Shown: one piece after another, positions 12,885-20,486 of the stretch | Layout: each line of letters starts with the position of its first letter | Position numbering within the stretch: position 1 is the stretch's first letter | Virus record (IMG/VR): IMGVR_UViG_3300032004_000033 | Span: 1 to 37,950 of that record | Source of the DNA: a virus | Length of the DNA stretch: 37,950 bases | Direction: 5' to 3' (one strand) | Position numbers and translations under genes: made by a program | The notes under the pieces: model-generated | Told to the model about the DNA's origin: nothing | Seen by the model: only the letters and a program-made list of their open reading frames with translations | Databases searched by the model: none

Positions 12885-13682
12885 ATGGGAGCGGCCTACT
12901 ACAACGAGTTCGACCCGTATGCCGCTCAATGGCTTCGTAATCTGATCGAGGCCGGGCATATCGCGCCCGGCGTCGTTGATGAAAGGAGTATTCAAGATGT
13001 CCACCCCAGCGACCTACGCGGCTTCACGCAATGCCATTTCTTCGCAGGCATCGGCGCCTGGTCTCTCGCCCTTCGGCGCGCCGGCTGGGCAGATGATCGA
13101 CCTGTTTGGACCGGTTCCTGTCCTTGCCAACCTTTCAGCGCGGCAGGCAAAGGCGCTGGGTTTGATGATGAGCGGCACCTATGGCCGGATTGGCACCACC
13201 TCATCAAAGAGCATGGCCCTCCAGTCATCTTTGGTGAACAAGTTGCAAGCCCGGCTGGCCTGCTCTGGATCGACCGCGTTCAAACTGACCTGGAAGCAGA
13301 GAGTTACGCCTTCGGGTCGGTTGATATCTGCTCTGCGGGGGTCGGCTCTTCCAATGGGCGCCAACGGCTATATCTCGTGGCCCACGCCAACGGTCAACGA
13401 CTCCCGCGGCGGTCGCAACAGGACATCCGGGCGCAGCAACCCAAACAGCAAGCACCACGACGGGGTGACTCTGGTAGACGCAGCGAGAATGCATTGCCTC
13501 CCTCGATCGCAGTGGTCGGCGCAGACGGAGCATGTCGGCCACTTGAACCCGGAACTGTCCCGCTGGTTGCAGGCTATCCCACCATCGTGGAGCGCCTGCG
13601 CGCCTACGGAAACTCTATCAACGCTAAAGCGGCGGAAGAATTCATAGCCGCTTACCTCGACATTGAAGGGACATCCAAATGA
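12885..13682 (+). CDS. DNA (cytosine-5) methyltransferase, short phage type.
   Basis: AAGGAG upstream. Motifs: I FFAGIGAWS, IV GSCPCQPFSAAGK, VI VIFGEQV, VIII GRQRLYLVA, X YGNSI. Confidence 0.85.
   Translation: MGAAYYNEFDPYAAQWLRNLIEAGHIAPGVVDERSIQDVHPSDLRGFTQCHFFAGIGAWSLALRRAGWADDRPVWTGSCPCQPFSAAGKGAGFDDERHLWPDWHHLIKEHGPPVIFGEQVASPAGLLWIDRVQTDLEAESYAFGSVDICSAGVGSSNGRQRLYLVAHANGQRLPRRSQQDIRAQQPKQQAPRRGDSGRRSENALPPSIAVVGADGACRPLEPGTVPLVAGYPTIVERLRAYGNSINAKAAEEFIAAYLDIEGTSK
12997..13647 (+). CDS. Candidate overprinted gene in the +1 frame of the methyltransferase (216 codons from ATG 12997).
   Basis: The frame is uninterrupted. AAAGGAG lies 8 nt upstream of ATG 12997. The sequence is protein-like, with WPTPTVNDSRGG and LNPELSRWLQAIPPSW motifs. 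It could still be a shadow ORF. Confidence 0.3.
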   Translation: MSTPATYAASRNAISSQASAPGLSPFGAPAGQMIDLFGPVPVLANLSARQAKALGLMMSGTYGRIGTTSSKSMALQSSLVNKLQARLACSGSTAFKLTWKQRVTPSGRLISALRGSALPMGANGYISWPTPTVNDSRGGRNRTSGRSNPNSKHHDGVTLVDAARMHCLPRSQWSAQTEHVGHLNPELSRWLQAIPPSWSACAPTETLSTLKRRKNS

Positions 13683-13885
13683 ACACACAACCCCTAAACC
13701 GTGTGATGTACCTGGAGGGCAAGCGGTTTGCCCTGGGCGTTGCGCAGGACGCCGGCGCGTCGATCCGCAACCCCAAGGTCGCGCTCAAGATCGTTGGCGA
13801 CCTGGCACGCAACGCCGCCGCGCAGCCGCACAGCTACGCAGAGGGCATCAAGGAAGTTATCAAGCTGTTGGAGGTGGAGACGTGA
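13679..13885 (+). CDS. Hypothetical 68-aa protein.
   Basis: ATGA overlap with the methyltransferase stop. Confidence 0.6.
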   Translation: MNTQPLNRVMYLEGKRFALGVAQDAGASIRNPKVALKIVGDLARNAAAQPHSYAEGIKEVIKLLEVET

Positions 13886-14262
13886 GCGCGACTGTCGAGC
13901 AACGCCTAACAGCCCTGGCCGTAGCCTACGCGGAATACCGCAAAGCCCTGCATGAGAACGGCGCCGCCATCAAGAAGGTGCAGAACGATGCAGACGGTGC
14001 CTACTTCGACCTGAAGCCGTACCGCGACCGCTATTGGAATGATCCCGATGTTCATGACCTGCCGCTGGGCGGCTGCATCGTCTGGCACGGCTGGCTGCAC
14101 GCCGTTGAGACGTGCGACCCGGACAATTATTACGGCGACGACTGTGGCTACCGGGCAACTGCGCGACTGATGGACGAGCGCCGCGACATCCAGCGCAACG
14201 GGGCGCGCATCCGTGCGGCCATCACCAAGATCGGCAACCAGATACTGGCATCAACCCCATGA
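13882..14262 (+). CDS. Hypothetical 126-aa protein (GTG start).
   Basis: GGAGGTGGAG upstream of GTG 13882. GTGA overlap with the upstream stop. Confidence 0.55.
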   Translation: MSATVEQRLTALAVAYAEYRKALHENGAAIKKVQNDADGAYFDLKPYRDRYWNDPDVHDLPLGGCIVWHGWLHAVETCDPDNYYGDDCGYRATARLMDERRDIQRNGARIRAAITKIGNQILASTP

Positions 14263-14420
14263 CCGCCCCCATCCCCGGCAAGCTCAAATCCAACTGTCCC
14301 GACTTCCCGCTCATCTGCGACATCTGCCAGAAGAACCGGAGCCGGGGCAACCACCAAAAATGCAGCAAGAAGCGTCAAGCCCTGATGGCAGAGCGGCAGG
14401 CGCGGGAGATTCAATCATGA
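14259..14420 (+). CDS. 53-aa Cys-rich (zinc-ribbon-like) basic protein.
   Basis: ATGA coupling. CPDFPLICDICQKNRSRGNHQKC. Confidence 0.5.
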   Translation: MTAPIPGKLKSNCPDFPLICDICQKNRSRGNHQKCSKKRQALMAERQAREIQS

Positions 14421-14518
14421 TCTGGTTTCTGATCGGCGTGCTGCTGTTGAATGCGGCCGCCCCGGTGCTGGCCTACTGGCTTAGCGTTAAGCGTCAGGAG
14501 GCTGTATGGATCGCGTGA
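14417..14518 (+). CDS. 33-aa single-TMD peptide.
   Basis: ATGA coupling. MIWFLIGVLLLNAAAPVLAYWL. Confidence 0.4.
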   Translation: MIWFLIGVLLLNAAAPVLAYWLSVKRQEAVWIA

Positions 14519-15003
14519 AGCGTTACCACGTTGGCGATGCGGGACTTGTTGAGGGTGAAGCCCTGGGCCGGATTACGGTTTACCTGGCCGCTGATTTCAA
14601 CCGCGTCCAGGCCGAGAACAAGGCGCTGCAACTGTTGCTGGACGAGCGCGACGGAAAGTTGGATGCACTCGCTGAACCTGTGCCGCCTGCTGGCGGGGAG
14701 GTAGTGGTATTGCCTAAGCGCAGGGTGCCGCCGTCATTGGGGCCAGATTTTTATGCTCGTGGCTGGAACGCTGCCTGCGATGCCTGGGAGCCTATCGTCA
14801 CCCGGCTACAGGCTGAGGTGGAACAGTGGAAGGCAAACAACATGGCAAACGCTCTAGCTGCGGGCGAGCTGGTGAAAGGTCTGAAAGCCGAACTGACCAA
14901 GGCGCGGGAGTTGCTGATGGAAGCCCACCCTTACACCAGCAAGTCACAGGATCTTTTCAACCGGATCGAACAGCACTTTGCGGGGATACCATCTGATGAA
15001 TGA
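14506..15003 (+). CDS. Hypothetical 165-aa protein.
   Basis: CAGGAGG upstream of the ATG. Confidence 0.65.
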   Translation: MDRVKRYHVGDAGLVEGEALGRITVYLAADFNRVQAENKALQLLLDERDGKLDALAEPVPPAGGEVVVLPKRRVPPSLGPDFYARGWNAACDAWEPIVTRLQAEVEQWKANNMANALAAGELVKGLKAELTKARELLMEAHPYTSKSQDLFNRIEQHFAGIPSDE

Positions 15004-15322
15004 GGAAGACAAATTCAATAGCTGGTTCAAGGCAAGCAAATATTGCCAAGTGATCTTTCCCTCTAAGGCCATGCGGCAAATAGCCTATGACGCTTGGTTT
15101 GCTTGTGCGGATCGAAAGTCGACTGATGACCTCGCCCACCAATCCGCGCCAGCCGCGAAGGATGGTTACCCGATGGCGTTCCCTGGTTACCCGCCAGTGC
15201 CAGAGGATCGTAAAATTCCAGCCGATGCAGGTGGTTACGGTGATTATGCTCCATGCCCTGAATGTGGCTCACGGGATTGCAACGGCCAATGCTATGGCGA
15301 CGACATGATGGGGGATTCGTGA
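14996..15322 (+). CDS. Hypothetical 108-aa protein with a C-terminal Cys cluster.
   Basis: Start overlaps the upstream stop. CPECGSRDCNGQC. Confidence 0.55.
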   Translation: MNEEDKFNSWFKASKYCQVIFPSKAMRQIAYDAWFACADRKSTDDLAHQSAPAAKDGYPMAFPGYPPVPEDRKIPADAGGYGDYAPCPECGSRDCNGQCYGDDMMGDS

Positions 15323-15780
15323 TGGGAAAGTATGAGGAAGTCCTTCGCCCGTTCCTGGCCCTGATGGAAAAGGAACTGCACGCCAACGCCGGGAAGGGCG
15401 ACCGTCCAGGCTGGCTCAAGATGGATGGCAAGACCGCTATCCTTGAGGTGTTCTATCACATGGGGAAACTGCACCAAGCAGTTCACCGAGGCGAGGCCGA
15501 AGCCATCAAGGAATACGCCGCCGACGTAGCCAACATGTGCATGATGCTGGTTGACGTTTGTGGGTTTCTTCCGGTTGACGAGCAGCCCGCGCCGGTAGCG
15601 GTGGCTATGCCTGATCTGTCCGAGCTGCGCGAGTACCACGCCGATGCCGTGAAGCAGCTCAACCACTACGCCGACGATTCAGGTCTGCGCGAAAGCGACG
15701 TCAAGCACTACCGCAAGCGCGCTGAGTTTCATGCCCGCCAGGTCGCGCTGATCGACAGCCTCAACCCAATCAAGCCGTAA
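15322..15780 (+). CDS. MazG-like nucleotide pyrophosphohydrolase-domain protein.
   Basis: TGATG junction. MEKELHANAGKGDRPGW...EYAADVANMCMMLVD fits the MazG-like four-helix pattern. Confidence 0.5.
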   Translation: MGKYEEVLRPFLALMEKELHANAGKGDRPGWLKMDGKTAILEVFYHMGKLHQAVHRGEAEAIKEYAADVANMCMMLVDVCGFLPVDEQPAPVAVAMPDLSELREYHADAVKQLNHYADDSGLRESDVKHYRKRAEFHARQVALIDSLNPIKP

Positions 15781-15832
15781 CCCCTCCCCCCTCCAAACAA
15801 TCCAGCCGGCAACGGCCTGGCGAGGTATCCCT

Positions 15833-16069
15833 ATGCAAACCGCACGCAACGACGAGCCGGTCGAATTCATCCGGCTGCCCGAGGTAAAGAAACTGGTCGG
15901 CTTCGGCACCACCAAGATTTACGAAATGGCGAGCCAAGGCCTGTTCCCCAAGCAGGTTCCGCTGGGCGGGCGCTCCGTGGCCTGGGTCAAGTCCGAGGTT
16001 CTGCAATGGAACAGCGAGAAGCTGGCCGCTGCCCGTGGTCAGGCTTCGGACACCAGCGAATCCAAGTAA
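15833..16069 (+). CDS. xis: AlpA-family excisionase/DNA-binding protein.
   Basis: FIRLPEVKKLVGFGTTKIYEMASQGLFPKQVPLGGRSVAWVKSEV is the AlpA signature. The gene is convergent with, and overlaps, the int 3' end. Confidence 0.85.
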   Translation: MQTARNDEPVEFIRLPEVKKLVGFGTTKIYEMASQGLFPKQVPLGGRSVAWVKSEVLQWNSEKLAAARGQASDTSESK

Positions 16070-17268
16070 TCGGCCCATTCCTGCATCATCACCCGCCGCT
16101 GTTCCACGTACTCCGCGTGGTTGTAGGTCTTTCTGACCTTGCTTGAACCCGCATGCGAAAGCTGCGCCTCGATCCAATCCTCGTTGTAATCCATTTCGTT
16201 CAGGGCCGTTGAAATCGTGGCACGGATCCCGTGCCCGGTCAGCCTGCCTTCATACCCCATGCGCCTCAAAGCCACGTTGACTGTGCCGTCGCTGATTGGC
16301 TTGCTCGGGTCACTCCGACCCGCGATCAGCAGCTTGTAACGGCCAGTCATCTGGTGCACCTTGCGCACCTCCTCGACCGCCTGCCGCGACAGTGGCACCA
16401 GATACGGCGGCACCTTATCCCCTCCCTTTGCCCTAATCACCTTCTGCAATTGCTTCACCCCCTCTGCGGGGATCGTCCACAGCGCGGCGTCCAGGTCAAA
16501 CTGGGCCCACGTTGCGTGGCGTAACTCGCCCGTGCGAACCGCCGTCAGCAACAGAAGCCGGATCGCGCTTTTGGTGTAGTCCTTGATGTCGGCCGCATCA
16601 AGCGCCTGCAAGAACTCTTTGAGCTCACGCTGACGAAGCATCGGGTTGTGTTTCTCGGGCGGCTCTTTAACTGCCACGATATCCAGGTCGGCCGCCGGGT
16701 TGACCTCCAGATAGTCAGAGGCAATGGCGAAACGGAATATCTCGTTGAGCCAGGTCCGGCACTTGCGGGCAACGTTGAGCGCCCCGCGCTTCTCTATGGT
16801 TCGCAACGTCGCCAGTACATCGGCGCGCTTGACCTCGGCAATCGGGATACGTCCCAGCGCCGGCACCAGATCTTTGTCCAGGTAGAGCTGCGCCTGAACA
16901 GCGGCGCCCTTCTTGGCCTTCGCCCACCGGGGCAGCTTGAAGGCATACCACTCATTAGCCACCACCTCGAACGTTTTGATGGCGCTGGAGCTCGCCGCCC
17001 GCTTCTCTTCCCGACGGGTGGACCGTGGGTCTGTGCCCTTGGCCACCAGCGCCCGCGCCTGGTCCCGCTTCTCACGGGCTTCCTTGAGGCTGATTTCTGG
17101 ATAGGTGCCCAAGGACATGCGCGGCTGCTTGCCGTGCCAGGAGAAACGGAAGTGCCACGACTTGGTGCCGTTGGTCGTGACGAACAGGGATAGGCCCCCG
17201 CCATCGGTGATGGAGTATTCCTTGTCAGCGGGCTTGGCCTGCCGGACAGCCGTATCAGTGAGGGGCAT
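16039..17268 (-). CDS. int: Tyrosine integrase (P4-type, DUF4102 N-terminus).
   Basis: MPLTDTAVRQAKPADKEYSITDGGGLSL...WHFRF...GTYPEISLKEAREKR, then C-terminal HGIRATISTALNEM...HAGSSKVRKTYNHAEY. Confidence 0.95.
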   Translation of the reverse strand: MPLTDTAVRQAKPADKEYSITDGGGLSLFVTTNGTKSWHFRFSWHGKQPRMSLGTYPEISLKEAREKRDQARALVAKGTDPRSTRREEKRAASSSAIKTFEVVANEWYAFKLPRWAKAKKGAAVQAQLYLDKDLVPALGRIPIAEVKRADVLATLRTIEKRGALNVARKCRTWLNEIFRFAIASDYLEVNPAADLDIVAVKEPPEKHNPMLRQRELKEFLQALDAADIKDYTKSAIRLLLLTAVRTGELRHATWAQFDLDAALWTIPAEGVKQLQKVIRAKGGDKVPPYLVPLSRQAVEEVRKVHQMTGRYKLLIAGRSDPSKPISDGTVNVALRRMGYEGRLTGHGIRATISTALNEMDYNEDWIEAQLSHAGSSKVRKTYNHAEYVEQRRVMMQEWADYLDSLVSEA

Positions 17269-17327
17269 TAGTACATCACCACGTCAGTCGAACTGGGGAA
17301 GTGCTGAATGATGTACTAAAAATGCGC

Positions 17328-17416
17328 GGAACGCAGCGAAAGAATGCGAAACTCCACGCAACAAAAAGGCCGCGCTTAGCGGCCTATTGCTTGGGGTTTG
17401 CGGAACTCTGCGAAAC
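17328..17416. repeat. attP arm-type direct repeats (candidate integrase arm sites).
   Basis: GCGGAACGCAGCGAAAG (17328-17344) and GCGGAACTCTGCGAAAC (17400-17416), plus TGCGAAAC at 17344-17351 and 17408-17415. Confidence 0.45.
17362..17383 (-). terminator. Rho-independent terminator between the attP core and int.
   Basis: Minus strand reads GGCCGC-TAAGC-GCGGCC followed by TTTTT. Confidence 0.7.
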
Positions 17417-17431
17417 CCAGTGAAACTAGAA

Positions 17432-17450
17432 ATGGTGCCCGAAGCCGGAA
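17432..17450 (-). other. attP core candidate: the 3'-terminal fragment of a tRNA gene (acceptor 3' strand plus CCA; identity not determinable).
   Basis: Minus strand reads TTCCGGCTTCGGGCACCA, i.e. part of the T-arm, acceptor strand TTCGGGC, discriminator A and CCA. It lies next to int. Confidence 0.55.
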
Positions 17451-17550
17451 CCTAATTCGGCGCAAAACTCCCAATGCTCATTAGGCAAATACAAAGACAG
17501 GCCGAAACGATGTGCTAACCACTGTACTGTTTCTTCGCCGCTGGGCTCGA

Positions 17551-18411
17551 TCAGATCGCAGACAACACGAATGCCAGTAGCTGTTCATAGCGAACCCCTG
17601 GACCCTGCGCCGTCTTCTCGACGATTGAGTAGTCATCCGCATTCAGGCCTTGCGCGGCGAACGCCGAACGGATGTCAGCAACTGGGATGCCCACACCGAT
17701 TTTGCCGGTGGTCTTGCTGCGCGAAGCCTTGATCATGCCCTTGAGCTGCTTGGCTACAGAGCGCTCCGCTTCGGAAAGGTCGCGTGGTGCATCGGCCTGG
17801 GCCGGGTTGTCCAGCAGCACAGGCCCGCTACCCACGCCAAACAGCATGTCAGAGCGGTGATAGCTGGGGGCTACTCCCGATGAATACAGCCCGTAGCCGC
17901 TGGACTGGGACATCGCAAGCGCGGTGTTGGTCTTGCCCGAGGCAAGGTTGCGAATGAAGATGCCCACGTTTTTATCAACCGTGCCACCGCCGGTGACGGA
18001 TACATCAGCGATATCGACTGCGGTCCGTATCAGGATCTCGCCTGTGCCGGAGTGCACCGGGCGTGATAAGAAGCCGCCGGTTGACGCCAGTACATTGCTG
18101 CCGGCGTAGTTGATGCGGTCCTGGAATGAATAGATATGGTTTTGCCGATTAGCCCCGCGCAGCTCAACCACGGAATCAAACGCGCCATAGGTGCCAGCGT
18201 CCGTGACCTTATCCATGATGGTCTTGTCAGTGAAGGCGTGGGCGTCGGTGCCGCCATGCATTGAGCGCGACACAACCACACCATCGTTGAGGGAGTGACC
18301 GGTCACAGGGTTGTTGCCAACGAGCACGCGAGGGGCCGTGATGGGCTCATCGCCCCAGGCCGACACAGAGGCGGCAAGGGCGATGGCAAGGGTGAAAGCA
18401 ATCTTTTTCAC
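17551..18411 (-). CDS. Signal-peptide-bearing paralog of the tailspike head domain (secreted/periplasmic), the last gene before attP.
   Basis: GTG start. Sec signal MKKIAFTLAIALAASVSA/WG. The centre is homologous to the tailspike (VTDAGTYGAFD...NQNH.Y.FQ.R...RPVH.G.G). At DNA level, 18176-18207 vs 19409-19440 match at 29/32. Confidence 0.7.
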   Translation of the reverse strand: MKKIAFTLAIALAASVSAWGDEPITAPRVLVGNNPVTGHSLNDGVVVSRSMHGGTDAHAFTDKTIMDKVTDAGTYGAFDSVVELRGANRQNHIYSFQDRINYAGSNVLASTGGFLSRPVHSGTGEILIRTAVDIADVSVTGGGTVDKNVGIFIRNLASGKTNTALAMSQSSGYGLYSSGVAPSYHRSDMLFGVGSGPVLLDNPAQADAPRDLSEAERSVAKQLKGMIKASRSKTTGKIGVGIPVADIRSAFAAQGLNADDYSIVEKTAQGPGVRYEQLLAFVLSAI

Positions 18412-18456
18412 GACAGGTCCCGCGTTCGTTTGAGATTGCCCATGATACGTGGCGGG

Positions 18457-19740
18457 TTACTTGGCTTCCAGCGCTGCAAGGCGGGCCTCGAAGCCGGCAG
18501 CTATAAAGGCATACAGCCCGCTTTCACGGAAGCTGTAGCGGTCGCCTGCTGGAGCCTCTGGAGTTTCGTCCCACTTGTCGTAGCAGATGAAGCTGTAGGC
18601 GAATGGGTCCAGGCCGTGCGCCTCCATCACCTCAATGGCTCGCTGAACCGTCATGCCGATGTGTTCGCGTGCCGAATCTCCCTTTTCCGCCATTGCCGAG
18701 AGGAACTTGAAGGCCCCGATCTCTTTGGCCAGGGCGGACGCTGCTGCAATCTCGGCGGCGGACAGTTGGCGAACTTCCGTTTTCTCGCGAGCATCCGAGG
18801 TGCTGATAGTGGCGGTGCCGGCCCAGACCACCGACCACCGTTGCGCCGCGTCGCCCAAAGTCTGAGAGTTATCCGCCCCAGGCGCCACGGTGTAACCGTT
18901 GGACGCTGCCTTGATCTGCAAGCGGGTGGCAGAGTTGGCAATAAACTGGACGATCGTATCGCTCTCCGCGCCGATCTGGAGGTTCGTGGCGGTAGTTTCA
19001 ATAAAGCCGCGACGTGCGCCAACGGCAGTGCCAGCAAATTGCGCGGCATAAGAGGCAGTCGGAGATATTCCAAATCCTGCGCGCCCTTTGTTGTACATCG
19101 TGCCGCCGCCGGCAGCGTAATACGCAATGCCCGCAACCTGGTCGATGCTGAGGCCTACGTTTACCGTTGCGCCTGTTTGGTCGCGAATTCGAACGCCGGT
19201 TTGTTGGGTCATGGTACCGGCGCCGGTGATCGACATCGACCCAATATCAGCGCCATAGCTTTCATTGATGACGCCAGCACCTGCATGGACAGGGCGAGTA
19301 AGCAGGCCCGCAAACTGACCTAGGATGCCAGAGCCTTGAAAGATCATTCGATGCTGAAAGGCGTACATATGATTCTGGTTTGCTGACCCTTGAAGCCGCG
19401 TAGTTGTGTCAAACGCGCCATAAGTGCCCGCGTCGGTGACACCGCTAATTTCGGTTCGAGCCGCAAAGTCATGGAAATCTGTTGGCCCGGTAACATTTCG
19501 ACCTGAAATGTAACCGTCCCGAGTTGTTGGCGCTGAAATCTCTTCAGTACCCACGATGATTGAGGCAACTCGGACTCGCTTACTTGCATCAATGCTGACC
19601 TTTCCTGCCTTGGCGGCATTGAAGTCAGCGTCAGTGTCGAAGTTAATTCGATCAACAATGGTCAAGTTATCGACGAGGCTGCCCACGTCTTTATTTTTGC
19701 CATCAAGGTTTTGGATGTTGTCAGCGCGCAAAGTGCTCAT
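18457..19740 (-). CDS. Tailspike/tail fibre with a C-terminal intramolecular chaperone (peptidase S74-like) domain.
   Basis: ATGA coupling to the upstream gene. C-terminal ...TATISTSDAREKTEV...IGAFKF...REHIGMTVQ... is typical of auto-cleaving chaperone domains. Confidence 0.75.
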   Translation of the reverse strand: MSTLRADNIQNLDGKNKDVGSLVDNLTIVDRINFDTDADFNAAKAGKVSIDASKRVRVASIIVGTEEISAPTTRDGYISGRNVTGPTDFHDFAARTEISGVTDAGTYGAFDTTTRLQGSANQNHMYAFQHRMIFQGSGILGQFAGLLTRPVHAGAGVINESYGADIGSMSITGAGTMTQQTGVRIRDQTGATVNVGLSIDQVAGIAYYAAGGGTMYNKGRAGFGISPTASYAAQFAGTAVGARRGFIETTATNLQIGAESDTIVQFIANSATRLQIKAASNGYTVAPGADNSQTLGDAAQRWSVVWAGTATISTSDAREKTEVRQLSAAEIAAASALAKEIGAFKFLSAMAEKGDSAREHIGMTVQRAIEVMEAHGLDPFAYSFICYDKWDETPEAPAGDRYSFRESGLYAFIAAGFEARLAALEAK

Positions 19741-20459
19741 GGGTGCAGTTCTCCGTCAGCAATTGTATAGAAGGACCCAAGGCCAACAGTCACTGACTGC
19801 CCAACGGCGACGGTCATAGTTGGCCCAAAAGACCAGGCATTTTTGTTTGGCGGAATAACCACACTGTTTTGAATGGTCTGGTTATGCCAGGAAATTTCTG
19901 AGAAGGCCGAAGCCTGGACAGGATTGCTGCCGCTAATTTGGGATTGAAGGTAGGCGTCTGCGTTTTGCCTTGCGGCTGCTTCAATTGCGTCTTGATCCAG
20001 AACATATTGCTTATTTGCTGCATCGTTGTTTTCAACTGGATAGGCAAGATCGCGTATCCCATTGTTATTTGCCCTGTACCATCCAGCACCATCAATATCA
20101 AAAGAGCCTAGTGTCAAAGCCCTGGTGGTATATCGAAAGAGCTGCTTTAGCGCCTGCCAGATCCGGTCGAAGTCACGGTTAACGGTCGAGGAAAGGAAGT
20201 CGCCGTTTTCCTGGTAGTCCGTCAGCCGCTGGAACGGCACGTCCAATACCAAGTACAGGTCGCCAGTAGGCGCTACGGAAAAAATCACTGAGCTGGTGGG
20301 CTGCCCTATGCCAGTTTGGGTATACCCGGATGCTTGCAGAACGCCATCGAGGTAGACCTTGAGATCGCCGGCCTCGATCACCAGGAACGGCACGGTATAG
20401 ATAGTGGTGACGCCGTTGGCGGCATAGCGCTTTTCGGTTGGCCCTGGCTGGACAGACAT
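19737..20459 (-). CDS. Tail fibre/adaptor protein with a T7 gp17-like N-terminal particle-attachment domain.
   Basis: YAANGVTTIYTVPFLVIEAGDLKVYLDGVLQ...LTDYQENGDFLSSTVNRDFDRIW matches the T7 tail-fibre N-terminal pattern. Confidence 0.7.
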   Translation of the reverse strand: MSVQPGPTEKRYAANGVTTIYTVPFLVIEAGDLKVYLDGVLQASGYTQTGIGQPTSSVIFSVAPTGDLYLVLDVPFQRLTDYQENGDFLSSTVNRDFDRIWQALKQLFRYTTRALTLGSFDIDGAGWYRANNNGIRDLAYPVENNDAANKQYVLDQDAIEAAARQNADAYLQSQISGSNPVQASAFSEISWHNQTIQNSVVIPPNKNAWSFGPTMTVAVGQSVTVGLGSFYTIADGELHP

Positions 20460-20486
20460 GTGTAGACCCCTTGGTGGTGGCGGGCC

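Noticed and set aside
16662-16671. GCTCTTTAAC, a second rrn-boxA-like sequence on the plus strand.
   Set aside because: It lies inside the integrase gene on the antisense strand, with no adjacent hairpin or promoter. It is most likely a chance match.
17346-17361. TTGC-GTGGAG-TTTC upstream of int, considered as a CII-dependent pI-like promoter.
   Set aside because: The second repeat is imperfect, and no acceptable -10 hexamer lies at the lambda-like 13-nt distance. The evidence is too weak to annotate.
17400-17480. A possible complete tRNA gene in the attP region.
   Set aside because: Only an acceptor-3'-strand/CCA-like segment of about 18 nt is present. No D-arm, anticodon arm or matching 5' acceptor strand could be folded.
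18295-19323. 342-aa plus-strand ORF across the tailspike genes. Similar cases are 21195-22163, 23406-24362, 25090-25971 and 27848-28657.
   Set aside because: All are antisense to long, family-recognisable late genes, are Arg/Gly/Ala-rich, and lack SDs. Judged non-coding.
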